Shown piece by piece: positions 49,124-59,675 of a DNA stretch of 64,000 bases (position 1 is its first letter; the number at the start of each line of letters is the position of its first letter). The position numbers and the translations under genes are program-made. Under the pieces are notes generated by a model. That model searched no databases. It saw only the letters and a program-made list of their open reading frames with translations, and was not told where the DNA came from. The stretch covers positions 704,001-768,000 of the forward strand of contig CAVVJT010000010.1 of NCBI GenBank assembly GCA_963748625.1. The letters are read 5' to 3'. This stretch comes from an uncultured Chloroflexia bacterium (GTDB taxonomy: Bacteria; Chloroflexota; Limnocylindria; Limnocylindrales; CSP1-4).

Positions 49124-50449
49124 TCAAGCCGGGGCGGGCGCCCCAATCCTATCGGCCCCCATGTACGGGCGCAGCACGTCCGGCACCTCGACGGTCCCGT
49201 CGGCGCGCTGGTAGTGCTCCAGGATCGCGGCGACGATGCGCGGCAGCGCCAGCCCCGAGCCGTTGAGGGTGTGCACGAGCTCCGGCTTGGCACCCTTCTC
49301 GGGGCGGTAGCGGATGGCCATGCGGCGGGCCTGGTAGTCCCCGAAGTTGGAGCAGGAGCTGACCTCCAGCCAGCGCTCGACGGCGGGCGCCCACACCTCC
49401 AGGTCGTACTTCTTGCGCTGGACGAAGCCCATCTCGCCGGTGCTCATCAGGAGCACTCGGTACGGCAGGCCGAGACGCTGGAGCAGGACCTCCGCGCGGG
49501 CGGTCATCCACTCGAGGGCCTCGGGGCTGTCTTCGGGCTTCTCGAACAGCACCATCTCGACCTTGTCGAACTGGTGGACGCGCAGGATGCCCCGGGTGTC
49601 CTTGCCCGCGGCCCCGGCCTCACGACGGAAGCACGGCGAGTAGGCGGCGTACCGGATGGGCAGCTGGTCCGCCTCGAGGATCTCATCGCGATGGAGGTTG
49701 GTGACCGGGACCTCGGCCGTGGGGACCAGGTAGAGGTCGTCGCGGGTGGCGACGTACATCTGGTCCTCCTTGTCCGGGATCTGGCCGGTCCCGCGGGCGG
49801 AGGCCGAGTTCACGACGGCCGGCGGCCAGACCTCGGTGAAGCCGTGCTCGCTGGTGTGGACGTCGAGGAACCACGAGATCAGCGAGCGCTGGAGCCGCGA
49901 ACCCTGGCCCTTGTAGACCGGGAACCCGGAGCCTGCGATCTTGGCGCCGCGCGGGTTGTCGATGAGGTCATGCGCCTCGCCGATCTCCCAATGGGGCTTG
50001 CGCTCCCAGGTGCTGCCGTCGTCGGCAGCGACGACCCGGGCGAGGTTCTCGCCCCAGGTGCGGACCGTGACGTTGGCCTCCTCACCGCCCACGGGAACCT
50101 CGGGGTCGGCGGGGTTGGGGATGCGCAGGAGCAGGTCCTCGAGCTCCTGCTCGGCGGCCGCCAGCTCCGCGTCGATCTGGTCGATGCGGGCGCCGGCCGT
50201 CGTGCTCGCGTCGCGCAGGGCGGCGACCTCGGGCCCGTCGGCCTTCGCCCCACCGCGGATGGCCTCCCCGATGCGCTTGCTGGCCGCGTTCCGCTCAGCC
50301 TTGCGCTGGTCGCTCTCGGCCTGGAGGCGTCGGCGACGGACGTCGGTCTCGATCGCAGCGTCAACCAGCGCCGGATCCTCGCGCTTGTCGATCGCGCCCT
50401 GCCGGATGCGGTCGGGCTCCTCGCGAAGCCGCTGGACACCGACGCTCAT
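49124..50449 (-). CDS. serS: Serine-tRNA ligase
   Basis: PTAEVP, CFRREAG, RVHQFDKVE, EVSSCSN, HTLNGSGLA. Confidence 0.97.
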   Translation of the reverse strand: MSVGVQRLREEPDRIRQGAIDKREDPALVDAAIETDVRRRRLQAESDQRKAERNAASKRIGEAIRGGAKADGPEVAALRDASTTAGARIDQIDAELAAAEQELEDLLLRIPNPADPEVPVGGEEANVTVRTWGENLARVVAADDGSTWERKPHWEIGEAHDLIDNPRGAKIAGSGFPVYKGQGSRLQRSLISWFLDVHTSEHGFTEVWPPAVVNSASARGTGQIPDKEDQMYVATRDDLYLVPTAEVPVTNLHRDEILEADQLPIRYAAYSPCFRREAGAAGKDTRGILRVHQFDKVEMVLFEKPEDSPEALEWMTARAEVLLQRLGLPYRVLLMSTGEMGFVQRKKYDLEVWAPAVERWLEVSSCSNFGDYQARRMAIRYRPEKGAKPELVHTLNGSGLALPRIVAAILEHYQRADGTVEVPDVLRPYMGADRIGAPAPA

Positions 50450-50460
50450 CGGATGCCTCC

Positions 50461-52059
50461 CTACTCGGCTGCCGGGGCGCCGGCCTCGGTCAGGCGGCTG
50501 ATGACGAAGGCCCGCTCCAGGCTGGCCAGCAGCCAGCCTGCCCTCGGACCGTTGGGCCGGCCGAGGAACGCGAGGTAGAGGGCGTTGAACGCGCCCTTGC
50601 CATCGAGGCCATGCTCCGCAGCGACGGCGAAGATGGCCGCCTGCCACTGCTCGCCGGTCGCGGGAGCATCACCGTGGGCGGCGTCTGCGAGCGCCCGCAG
50701 GAAGCCGCGCTGCTCTGGGCGGAGCAGCTCCGCCTCGACGGGGAGGTGGTCGCGCTTGACCTCGATCACCGCCCGCTCGGGGGCGTAGGCATCCAGCCAC
50801 CGGCGAACGGCGGCCAGGCGGATCTCGAGCTCGGCGGCCTCGGCCGCGGTGAGCGGGGCGCCCTTCTCGGCCTCGACCCGGACCCGCACGTCGATGCCCG
50901 GGATCTGGACGAGGAGCGCGAGATGCGCGAAGGCCGGCCGGAACTGGTCGGCGGCGGTCGCCAGGTCGGCCTCGGGGTCGAGCAGGCTGAACTTGAAGAT
51001 GTTCTCGTGGCCCGACGGGAGCTCGCCCTTGACCTCCTTGCCGGCCGTCGCGGCGGCGAGCCGGTCGAACTCATCGAACAGGCGCGGGATCGCGTCCGTT
51101 CCCTCGGGGTCGAAGTCGAGCGCGGTCTCCGGGCGCTGGCGCACGAAGAGGAAGCGCAGCTGCTCGGGCGGCACGACGCTGCCGATGGTGTGTGCGGCGG
51201 CGCCCCGGCCTTTGGACGTGGACATCTTCTTCCCGCCGATGTTCAGGAACTCGTAGGGGAAGTTGAGCGGTGGCTCGCGCTCGAAGACCTCGCGTGCGAT
51301 CGCGTTCGATCGGTCACGGGAGCCGCCGGCGGTCGCGAGGTCCTTGCCGTTGGGCTCGATGGTGACGCCGAACATGCTCCACTGCGCCGCCCACTCGAGG
51401 TTCCAGGGAAGCTTGGCGGCGCCCCCGAACGGCGCGAGGCGCCCGGTCCAGCCGCATCCGGTCGCCCACTCGACAAGGTCAGGCCTGCAGGCGACGGAGA
51501 CCGTCTGGCCATCCCAGTCGGACGCGATGGTGGTGCCCACCTTGCCGCAGTCCGGGCAGATCACGCCCAGCGGCAGCCAGTGGCTGGGATGCTGGACGTT
51601 GGCGACGCGCCGGTAGACCTCGCGGACGATCTCGGCCTTGTCGAGCGCGATCCGGATGAACGGGTCCATCTGCCCCGTGGGGTAGATGTCGCTCATCCAG
51701 TAGTAGCGGTCGGGCAGGATGCCCAGGCCCGCGAAGGTGTCGATGAAGATGCCCGCGAAGTGGCGCGCATAGCTCGCGTGGCAGTCACCGTGGGGATCGG
51801 GGACGTGCGCCAGCGGGCGGCCCATCTCGCGCTCGATCGCGTCGGGCGAGAGCAGCGCCTGGGCGTCCATCGGGTCGAGGTCGTCCACGCCGTAGAGCAG
51901 CGTGGTCTCGAGGCCGCGGGCGCGCAGGGCACGCGTGATGACGTCGAGGATGACGGGGCCGCGCAGCGAGCCGACGTGGACGGTGCCGGACGGGGTCTTG
52001 GAGTCGTTGACGACCTGGGGGCCCTCAACGCTGGCCGCGAGCTCGTCCGCCCAATCCAC
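50461..52059 (-). CDS. lysS: Lysine-tRNA ligase, class I
   Basis: WADE, TPSGTVHVGSLR, CPDCG, KMSTSKG, GPRAG. Confidence 0.93.
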   Translation of the reverse strand: MDWADELAASVEGPQVVNDSKTPSGTVHVGSLRGPVILDVITRALRARGLETTLLYGVDDLDPMDAQALLSPDAIEREMGRPLAHVPDPHGDCHASYARHFAGIFIDTFAGLGILPDRYYWMSDIYPTGQMDPFIRIALDKAEIVREVYRRVANVQHPSHWLPLGVICPDCGKVGTTIASDWDGQTVSVACRPDLVEWATGCGWTGRLAPFGGAAKLPWNLEWAAQWSMFGVTIEPNGKDLATAGGSRDRSNAIAREVFEREPPLNFPYEFLNIGGKKMSTSKGRGAAAHTIGSVVPPEQLRFLFVRQRPETALDFDPEGTDAIPRLFDEFDRLAAATAGKEVKGELPSGHENIFKFSLLDPEADLATAADQFRPAFAHLALLVQIPGIDVRVRVEAEKGAPLTAAEAAELEIRLAAVRRWLDAYAPERAVIEVKRDHLPVEAELLRPEQRGFLRALADAAHGDAPATGEQWQAAIFAVAAEHGLDGKGAFNALYLAFLGRPNGPRAGWLLASLERAFVISRLTEAGAPAAE

Positions 52060-52147
52060 GATGCTGCCCCTCTCTCCGGCACGCGTGGCGCCGGGTGTGA
52101 CCCGTCGCGCCGCCTGGTGCCGGCCGCGGGGCCGTGATGATTGCTGG

Positions 52148-52612
52148 CTAGCTGATCTTGAGGATCTTGTAGGTGAAGTCGCCGGCGGGGACCTTCACGA
52201 CGACCTTCTCACCCTTCTTGCGGCCCAGCAGGGCGCGCCCGACGGGCGACTCGTTGGAGATCCGACCCGCTGCGGGCTTGGCCTCGGCCGACCCGACGAT
52301 CATGAACGACTCCTCGCCGTCCTCGCCGGTCACCGTCACGGTCGTGCCGATCGTGACGTGGTCGGTCGAATGGTTCTCGTCGATCAGGGTGGCGTTCTTG
52401 ATCATCGCCTCGAGCGTCTGGATCCGGCCCTCGACGAACGCCTGCTCGTTCTTGGCGTCCTCGTACTCGGCGTTCTCCGAGAGATCGCCGTGCTCCTTCG
52501 CGTCGTGGATCCGCTGGGCGATCTCGGGACGGCGGACATTGGTCATCTCGGTGAGCTCCTCGCGGAGCTTGTCGAGGCCGTCCTTGCTGATGTAGGTCGT
52601 CTTGCTGTTCAC
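52148..52612 (-). CDS. greA: Transcription elongation factor GreA
   Basis: HGDLSENAEY, ISNESPVGRALLG. Confidence 0.96.
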   Translation of the reverse strand: MNSKTTYISKDGLDKLREELTEMTNVRRPEIAQRIHDAKEHGDLSENAEYEDAKNEQAFVEGRIQTLEAMIKNATLIDENHSTDHVTIGTTVTVTGEDGEESFMIVGSAEAKPAAGRISNESPVGRALLGRKKGEKVVVKVPAGDFTYKILKIS

Positions 52613-52731
52613 GCGGGTGGACCCCCGGAAGGCGGGACGTGCGCCGGCTGGCGCCGCCGCTTGGATCGCTATGGAACAAAAGGACCCCGGGGCGCCAGAC
52701 GTGCGCCGCCGAGGCTCGTGGATCGGCCGGA

Positions 52732-52761
52732 ATGGTATCGGCGGAGGGCCGATTCCGTCAA
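52732..52761 (-). promoter_or_regulatory. Promoter of greA-lysS-serS
   Basis: TTGACG-N18-TACCAT. Confidence 0.6.
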
Positions 52762-52831
52762 CGTGCCGGAGCGCGCGCTGCGGGAGGGAGCGTCGGCCGA
52801 CAGGCCGGTTCTGCGCGTGGTGTGTGTGCGG

Positions 52832-53947
52832 TCAGAACCGGATCAGGCGCAGCGCGTTGTCACGGTAGACGGCGCGGAGCACGGCCTCGGGCAGATGGAG
52901 CCCGTGGATCCGCCAGCGACCCTGGGTGGGCGCCTCGTCGGGGTCCGCGTCGTACGGGAACGACTCGTCGGCCGTCTCGAGGAACCGGTAGTAGACCGCC
53001 CACCACGCGGGGTCGGGCGCCATGTCGGTCCCGAAGAGGACACGGTCGGCCCAACGCAGGATGAATCCGCGGGCGGTGTAGGGCTGACGTCCGAGCTCGG
53101 CGATACGGGCGGCAAGGTCCACGTGGAAGTTCGGGCAGCGCTCGAGGATGGCCGAGACCCGTGCCAGGTCCTCCGCGGCGCAGCCCACGTGCGCCCCGAT
53201 GAACGTCGTCCCGGGATGGCGCGCGACCACAGCCTCCAGTCCGTCGATCAGCTCGTCGAACGGCGGGAAGCCATCAACGTCCGGGCGGCCAGGTGGCCGC
53301 ATCGGCCAGAAGTGCCAGTCCGGGTGACCGTGAAGCTCCTCCCAGCGTTCGTTGCGTGCGTCGAGGGGCTCGAAGAACGCGACCGGGTCGGCGACGTGGA
53401 TCGTCACCGGCACGCCAAGGTCTCCAGCCGCCGCCCAGAGGGGGTCAAGGCGTTGATCGTCGACCGGCACGAGCCGCCGGGACACGTCCCGCGCTCGCAG
53501 GCCGAGGAGCTTCCAGACCTTGAGCCCGCGCGCGCCCGCCGCCACGGAATCCCGCAGGCGGGCTGCCTCGGACTCGCCGAACCGGCGGTCCTCCGCCCAG
53601 GAGGCGTAGTCCAGGCCCGCGAAGACGGCCACGCGGCCGGGAAGGGCCTCCTGCCAGCGTGTCACCTCGGCCCGGAGCGCATCGCCCCAGCCACCGTCCA
53701 GGTCCACGATGCGCTCCACGCCCGCCGAGTCCATGACGGCCGCCAGCTCAGCGGCCGACCGCGTCGACCAGTCGCCACCGAAGGGCACGCCGAGGTGATT
53801 GTGGGCGTCGATGGCGGGCACGACCGGGAGGGGCACGTGATGCTCCTCGGTACGCATCGCCTGGCGCGGGCGGTAGTCCTCCAGCGCGATCGGCTCAGCC
53901 GTCTGTACGGGCTCGCCCGCCGCGTCCTGCTCCCCGACCCCGCTCAC
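52832..53947 (-). CDS. Amidohydrolase_2 family protein
   Basis: IDAHNH, IHVADP, GAHVG, LFGTD, YRDNA. Confidence 0.88.
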   Translation of the reverse strand: MSGVGEQDAAGEPVQTAEPIALEDYRPRQAMRTEEHHVPLPVVPAIDAHNHLGVPFGGDWSTRSAAELAAVMDSAGVERIVDLDGGWGDALRAEVTRWQEALPGRVAVFAGLDYASWAEDRRFGESEAARLRDSVAAGARGLKVWKLLGLRARDVSRRLVPVDDQRLDPLWAAAGDLGVPVTIHVADPVAFFEPLDARNERWEELHGHPDWHFWPMRPPGRPDVDGFPPFDELIDGLEAVVARHPGTTFIGAHVGCAAEDLARVSAILERCPNFHVDLAARIAELGRQPYTARGFILRWADRVLFGTDMAPDPAWWAVYYRFLETADESFPYDADPDEAPTQGRWRIHGLHLPEAVLRAVYRDNALRLIRF

Positions 53948-54831
53948 CCCTTGAGCCCTGTGAGAGCGATGCCGCGGACGAAGTACTTCTGCGCGATCAC
54001 GAACAGCGTGATCATCGGCACGAGGCTCACCATCGCGCCCGCCATCATCTCGGGCCACTTGCCCACGAACTGGCCCTGGAAGAACGCCAGGCCCACCGTG
54101 GTCGTGTACTGGTCCAGGTCCCGCAGGTAGATCAGCGGGATGAGCAGGTCGTTCCAGGACCACATGAAGATGAAGATCGCCAGGGTCGCGAGCGCCGGCC
54201 GGGCCAGCGGCAGGTACACGTGCCGGTAGACCTGCCACGGGTTCGCCCCATCCACCCGCGCAGCGTCGGCCAGCTCGGTCGGGATGGCGAGGAAGAACTG
54301 GCGCAGCAGGAAGATCCCGAACGCGCCGCCCAGCCACGCGCCCAGCCAGAGCGGCTCCTGGGTCCCGATGAAGTTGCCCGAGTCGCTGAACGGGTTCGGC
54401 AGCGTCCGCCAGAGGATGAAGTTCGGCACCAGGACCACCTGGAACGGGATGATCAGCGTCGCCATGAGGATCCCGAACAGGAAGCCCTTGCCGCGGAACG
54501 GCATGACCGCGAACGCGAAGGCCGCCAGCGAGCAGGCGAACACCTCGCCGATCGTGTTGAGGCTCGCGATCTTGAGCGAGTTGAGGAAGAAGGTGCCGAA
54601 GGTGACCTCGCCGAAGGCGTTCCACATCCGCACGTAGTTGTCCCAGTGGGGCCCCGTGGGCAGCGACAGCGGCGGCGCTCCGAAGACCTCCGCCCGGGTC
54701 TTGAGCGAGGTCAGGAGCATCCAGAAGAAGGGCACCATCATCAGGAGCCCGCCGAGGATCAAGGTGGCGTATGCCCCCGCCTTGCCGGCCAGTCGGCGAC
54801 CGCGTCCCCGGCGACGTGTGACAGTGCTCAC
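53944..54831 (-). CDS. Carbohydrate ABC permease (MalG-like)
   Basis: ELADAARVDGA, WNDL. Confidence 0.92.
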   Translation of the reverse strand: MSTVTRRRGRGRRLAGKAGAYATLILGGLLMMVPFFWMLLTSLKTRAEVFGAPPLSLPTGPHWDNYVRMWNAFGEVTFGTFFLNSLKIASLNTIGEVFACSLAAFAFAVMPFRGKGFLFGILMATLIIPFQVVLVPNFILWRTLPNPFSDSGNFIGTQEPLWLGAWLGGAFGIFLLRQFFLAIPTELADAARVDGANPWQVYRHVYLPLARPALATLAIFIFMWSWNDLLIPLIYLRDLDQYTTTVGLAFFQGQFVGKWPEMMAGAMVSLVPMITLFVIAQKYFVRGIALTGLKG

Positions 54832-54841
54832 GTGCCGGCCC

Positions 54842-55768
54842 TCACTGGTAGTGCACCCAGCGCCGCTGGGAGCGGAAGTACAGGAACATGAGGACTGCGA
54901 CGACCAGGAACAGGATCCACGAGGCCGCGCTCGCGTAGCCCATCTTGAAGTTGCGGAAGCCGTTCTCGTAGATGAAGTAGACCATCGTGATCGTCGCGTT
55001 GGTCGGCTTGCCGGGTCGGGACAGGACGAAGACCTGGTCGAACACCTGGAAGGCGCCGATGAGGCTGAGGATCCCGGTGAAGAAGAGGCTCGGGGTGAGG
55101 AGCGGCAGCGTCACGTGGCGGAACCGGACACGCCGCCCGGCGCCATCCACGCTGGCCGCGTCGTAATAGTCGGTGGGGATGGCCTGGAGCCCGGCCAGGA
55201 AGATGATCGTGTTGGCCGGCAGCCCCTGCCAGATCGACATCACGATGATCGCGGGCATGGCCCAGAACGGATCGGTGACCCACTTCTGGCCAGGGATCCC
55301 GAACACGCCCAGGACCTGGTTCAGCAGCCCGCTCGTGGGGCTGTAGATCCAGGCCCAGACGAGGCCGACCGCGATCGCCGAGGTGACGAGGGGCAGGAAG
55401 TACATGGTCCGGATCCACGAGATGCCCCGGAGCGACTGGTTGAGCGCGAGCGCCAGGCCCAGCGACAGGGCCAGGCCCAGCGGCACCGACACCACGGTGT
55501 AGAAGGTGGTGTTCCGCAGGGCGTAGAAGAACCGCGGGTCGTCGACGAGCCGCTGGTAGTTGCCCAGGCCCACAAAGTCCGGCGAGGTCAGCAGGTCCCA
55601 CTTCGTCAGGCTGATCCCGAAGGTGGCGATGATGGGCCCGGCCGAGAGGAACACCAGGCCGAGCACCATCGGCAACACGAAGAGGTAGGCCCAGCGGGCC
55701 TCCCCGCCGCGTGGCCCGGAGCCGGACCGGCCCGTCGCGCCGGGCCCGCGCCCGCGCGTGAACCGCAT
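54842..55768 (-). CDS. Carbohydrate ABC permease (MalF-like)
   Basis: LAGLQAIP, DAASVDGA, GYASA. Confidence 0.92.
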   Translation of the reverse strand: MRFTRGRGPGATGRSGSGPRGGEARWAYLFVLPMVLGLVFLSAGPIIATFGISLTKWDLLTSPDFVGLGNYQRLVDDPRFFYALRNTTFYTVVSVPLGLALSLGLALALNQSLRGISWIRTMYFLPLVTSAIAVGLVWAWIYSPTSGLLNQVLGVFGIPGQKWVTDPFWAMPAIIVMSIWQGLPANTIIFLAGLQAIPTDYYDAASVDGAGRRVRFRHVTLPLLTPSLFFTGILSLIGAFQVFDQVFVLSRPGKPTNATITMVYFIYENGFRNFKMGYASAASWILFLVVAVLMFLYFRSQRRWVHYQ

Positions 55769-55852
55769 GCCGATCCAGCCCGACCCGTAGGAGGGGCGGT
55801 CAGGGGGTCGGTCACGGCATGCGGTCCCGTGCTGCGGCTGCGCCGTGCCAGG

Positions 55853-57238
55853 CTACTGGCCGGCGCCTGCGAGGATCTGGTTCAGCTGGTCGTTGACCGT
55901 GGCGAGCGCCTGGGCAGCCGTCACGTTCGCCTCGTTGAACACGTTCGCGTCGAGCTCAGTCTGCAGGATCGTGTTGAACTCGTTGTACCCGGCGAACGCT
56001 GGCTTGAGGCGGGCGAAGGCGAGGGAGTCGGCGAAGACCTGGGCGCCGTCGAACGAGCCGGCGTACGTGGTGGACAGGATCTCCTTGTTCACCGGGACCG
56101 AGGCCTTGAGGGCCATGATCTTCTCCTGCGCCTCGGGGCTCGCGAGGTACTTGGCGAGCATCCACGAGGCCTCGGGCGCCTTGGTGCCCGAGTAGACCAC
56201 CGCACCCGTCGGGTTGACGGACGTCGCCTTGCCTGCGGGGCCGGCGGGCAGCGGCGCGATGCCGAAGTTGATGCCTGCGGCCTCATGCGTGGGCACGAGC
56301 CATGAGCCGTTGATCTCCATGGCCGCGACACCCTGCTCGAAGGCATCGCCGGTCTCGGCGAAGATCGCGGGCTCGGGAACGATCTTGTCCTTCCAGATGA
56401 GGTCCTGGAGGAACTGGATCCCGGCCGCCGACTCGGGCTTGTCGAGCGCGGTCTGGGTGCCGTCGGCGTTGAGGATGTCGCCTCCCGCCTGCCACACGAA
56501 GGAGGACCAGGCGTTCTCCATGTCGGTGGTCTCGGTGTAGAGGCCCCACTGGTCGATGGTGCCGTCGCCGTTCGTGTCCTTGGTGAGCTGCTTGCCGACC
56601 TCGACCAGCTTGGCCCACGTCCACGTGTCGTCCGGGTAGGCGATCCCGGCCGCGTCGAACATGTCCTTGTTGTAGTAGAGCGCGATGACGTTGAGGTCGC
56701 GCGGCAGGCCGAAGACGACGCCGTCCTTGGTCGTGAAGTCCTTCACAGCGTTGTCGTCGAGCTGGCCCAGGTCGTACCCGTCCTTCTCGATGTAGGGCGT
56801 CAGGTCCAGGAGGACGTCCCGGGTCTGGTAGTCCGGTCCCAGCGGACCGTCCATCGCGAAGACGTCGGGGGCGGCGCCACCGGCGAGGCCGGTCTGGAGC
56901 TTGTCCCAGTAGGCGTCCCAGTCGGCCACGGTCACGTCGACCTTGATGTTCGGGTTCGCCGCAGTGAACCCTTCGACGACGGCCTTCTGGCTGTTGATCT
57001 CGGCCGGGTCGCCCCAGATGGCGTACTCGATGGTGACGGGCGGCCCGTCGTAGCCGGTACCGGTGCCCGTGCTGGCGCCGGGCTCGCCGGACGCGGCCGG
57101 CGCCCCGGTTGCCGCCGCGGGCGTGCCACCGGTCGAGGCGGAGGGGGTGGACGAGCCGCCGCACGCCGCGACGACCAGGATGGTGCCGGCGACGGCGGCA
57201 GCGAGGCGCCACGACCGGGCGCGGATCGGTGTTCGCAT
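55853..57238 (-). CDS. Sugar ABC substrate-binding lipoprotein
   Basis: GGAGG RBS, lipobox VAAC, APDVF, LYYNKDMF. Confidence 0.92.
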   Translation of the reverse strand: MRTPIRARSWRLAAAVAGTILVVAACGGSSTPSASTGGTPAAATGAPAASGEPGASTGTGTGYDGPPVTIEYAIWGDPAEINSQKAVVEGFTAANPNIKVDVTVADWDAYWDKLQTGLAGGAAPDVFAMDGPLGPDYQTRDVLLDLTPYIEKDGYDLGQLDDNAVKDFTTKDGVVFGLPRDLNVIALYYNKDMFDAAGIAYPDDTWTWAKLVEVGKQLTKDTNGDGTIDQWGLYTETTDMENAWSSFVWQAGGDILNADGTQTALDKPESAAGIQFLQDLIWKDKIVPEPAIFAETGDAFEQGVAAMEINGSWLVPTHEAAGINFGIAPLPAGPAGKATSVNPTGAVVYSGTKAPEASWMLAKYLASPEAQEKIMALKASVPVNKEILSTTYAGSFDGAQVFADSLAFARLKPAFAGYNEFNTILQTELDANVFNEANVTAAQALATVNDQLNQILAGAGQ

Positions 57239-57258
57239 CGGGTGCTTCCTCCAGGAGT

Positions 57259-58587
57259 TCAGGAGAGCCAGTCGGGGGCCGAGCCACCCAGCCACTCGGG
57301 GAGCCATTCCCCCTCGGCGTCGATCAGGTCATCGGTCATACGCCAGGCGTCGTCCAGCGAGAGGCGGGCCTGGACCATCGGATCGGTGAGCACGGCGTGG
57401 TAGACGAGGTCGCGATCCTCCAGGAGCGCCGCGGTCACGGTGAGCTCCTGGCAGTCAACGGCGGGACGGGTATAAGCCGCGCATTGCGGCGGCAGGGCGC
57501 CGACAGGGACGGGCTGCACGCCGAGGCCGTCCACGAGCGCCGGCACCTCGACGCAGGCATCCGCAGCCAGGTTGGCGATCAGCGTCGGGCCGCCACCCGA
57601 CCGGTCGTTCATCACGTTCGCGACGATCCGGGCCGGCTGCCCTGTGACCATTGCGTTCACGATCACCGCCGCATACTCGCCGCTCCGCTCGATCTCGAAC
57701 GGCTCACCAGCGTCGAGGCGGCGCTTGGTCTCGTCGTACTCGCCCAGGTTGTTGGCGACCCGGTCGAGGTACTCGCCGATGGGGATGTGGAACGCCTCGA
57801 CCTGGTCCTTGGGGATGAACCAGGGGTTGTACTCGGCGTGGTGCTCGCTCGACTCGGTCGGGTAGAAGCCGAACCGGCGGTACAGGTCCGCACGGACGAG
57901 GTCATCGGGGGGGACGCGGCCCGCCTCCACGAACGCGGCGACATCGGGGTAGAGGTCGCGTCCGCGGTGCTGCAGCCGCAGGATCCAGGCGAGGTGGTTG
58001 ACGCCGGCGGAGAGTGCGTCGACCTCGTTCGCCGGCACGCCGACGTACTCGGCCAACCGGTCGACGGTCCAGTACACCGAGTGGCAGAGCCCCACGACCG
58101 GGATGCCGACCGCCTCGTCCACCGCCCGCACGAGCATGCCCATCGGGTTGGTGTAGTTGAGGAGCATGGCGTCGGGGGCCACATCGGCGATGTCCGCTGC
58201 GATCCCGAGCGTCACCGGGATCGACCGCAGGCCGCGGAGCACGCCGCCCGCGTTGATGGTGTCGTTGATCGTGTAGCGCAGCCCATAGCGGCCCGGGACG
58301 TCGAAGTCGACCTGGGTTGCCCGCGCGCCGCCCACCTGGATCGTGTTGATCACGAAGTCGGCGTCCTCGAGGGCATCGAGCCGGTCGAGGCTGGCGCGGA
58401 TGGCGGGGGTCGCGCCGAGCGCGCCCGCCGTCCAGACCGCCATGCGCTCGGCCGTGTGCAGGCGGTCGGGGTCGATGTCGTGGAGGACGATCTCGGCGTC
58501 GCGGAGGGCGTCGAAGGTGAGGATGTCGCCGAGCAGGTTGCGTGTGAACTCCACGCTCCCTGCTCCGACGAGCACGATCCGGGTCAT
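57259..58587 (-). CDS. melA: GH4 alpha-galactosidase-like glycosidase
   Basis: VGAGSVEF, LNYTNPM, GLCHS, GVNH, ESSEHHAEYNPWF. Confidence 0.88.
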   Translation of the reverse strand: MTRIVLVGAGSVEFTRNLLGDILTFDALRDAEIVLHDIDPDRLHTAERMAVWTAGALGATPAIRASLDRLDALEDADFVINTIQVGGARATQVDFDVPGRYGLRYTINDTINAGGVLRGLRSIPVTLGIAADIADVAPDAMLLNYTNPMGMLVRAVDEAVGIPVVGLCHSVYWTVDRLAEYVGVPANEVDALSAGVNHLAWILRLQHRGRDLYPDVAAFVEAGRVPPDDLVRADLYRRFGFYPTESSEHHAEYNPWFIPKDQVEAFHIPIGEYLDRVANNLGEYDETKRRLDAGEPFEIERSGEYAAVIVNAMVTGQPARIVANVMNDRSGGGPTLIANLAADACVEVPALVDGLGVQPVPVGALPPQCAAYTRPAVDCQELTVTAALLEDRDLVYHAVLTDPMVQARLSLDDAWRMTDDLIDAEGEWLPEWLGGSAPDWLS

Positions 58588-59675
58588 GCCTGCTCCTCCG
58601 GCCCGCCCACGAGGATGTGGCGCAGGCCCTGACTGTGGTACCGCTCGATCCAGGCGGGATGGTCCGGGTTTGCGCCGCGGCGGCGGGCAAGGCCGAACGC
58701 CAGCAGCGCGACGGGCGGGACGCTGTGGAGCGGCGCCTGGTCCTCGATTGCGGCCACCGGGATCGGCAGCAGCTCGGAGGTCTCGACCAGCCGCTCCGGT
58801 CCCACCTCGATGGTGGTGCTGCCCCACGCCGCGGCATGGCGGAGCAGGTCCGCAAGCGCAGGGCGCGCGGGGCCACCGGGCGCGAGGGCGATGACGGCCG
58901 CGGTGGGCCCGAGCATGGTCGCCGCGCCCGAGGTCATCTCCCAGGCCTCCGAGCCCTCGGCATGGACGAGCGCCATCTCCTTGAGCTTGAGCGCCGCCTC
59001 CTGGGCCGCTGGCCAGCCGAGGCCACCGCCGGTGACGAAGAGGTGCTCGACGGTGGCGAGCCGGTCCGCGAGGGGCTCGACCAGCTCCTCGGCGTCGGCG
59101 ATCGCCTGCTCGCTGTGGCCCGCGGCCTCGAGGATCGCCTGCGCGACCTGGTCCGCCCGCTCGCCGCCAAGCATCTCCATGAGCAGGAGCTCGGTGGCGA
59201 CCAGGGTGGCCGAGAAGGTCTTGGTCATCACCGGCACGGTGGACGGGCCGCCCGCTGAGAAGACCACCTCGGAAGCGACACGGGTGAGCGTGGACCCCGG
59301 CACGTGCACGATGCCGGCGAGCGGTGCGCGCCCGCGGAGGGCTTCGGCGACGGCGACGACGTCCCTGAACTCGCCTGACGAGCTGATGCCGATCACCGCA
59401 TCGCCCGGCCCGAGCTGCGGCGGGTAGCGGAGCATCTCCGCGGCGGTCAGCGCGATCACGGCCGGATCGTCGGGAGTCGCGTGCCGGCGGTAGAGCGCTG
59501 CACTTGCGAGGCTCGAGTGGAAGCTGGTGCCGTTGCCGATCACGTGGATCCGGCGGACCCCGCGTGCCCTCCAGCGGCCCGCGATCTCGCGGGCCTGGTC
59601 GCGGGCGCTGTCGACGGTGGCCCTGATGGCCTCCGGTCCTTCCCGGATCTCGGTCGGGACGACTCCCTGGAGCAT
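58584..59675 (-). CDS. Double-SIS sugar-phosphate isomerase/deaminase (GlmS-C/AgaS/FrlB-like)
   Basis: EIREGP, GNGTS, ISSSG, TKTF, EAALKLKE. Confidence 0.85.
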   Translation of the reverse strand: MLQGVVPTEIREGPEAIRATVDSARDQAREIAGRWRARGVRRIHVIGNGTSFHSSLASAALYRRHATPDDPAVIALTAAEMLRYPPQLGPGDAVIGISSSGEFRDVVAVAEALRGRAPLAGIVHVPGSTLTRVASEVVFSAGGPSTVPVMTKTFSATLVATELLLMEMLGGERADQVAQAILEAAGHSEQAIADAEELVEPLADRLATVEHLFVTGGGLGWPAAQEAALKLKEMALVHAEGSEAWEMTSGAATMLGPTAAVIALAPGGPARPALADLLRHAAAWGSTTIEVGPERLVETSELLPIPVAAIEDQAPLHSVPPVALLAFGLARRRGANPDHPAWIERYHSQGLRHILVGGPEEQA

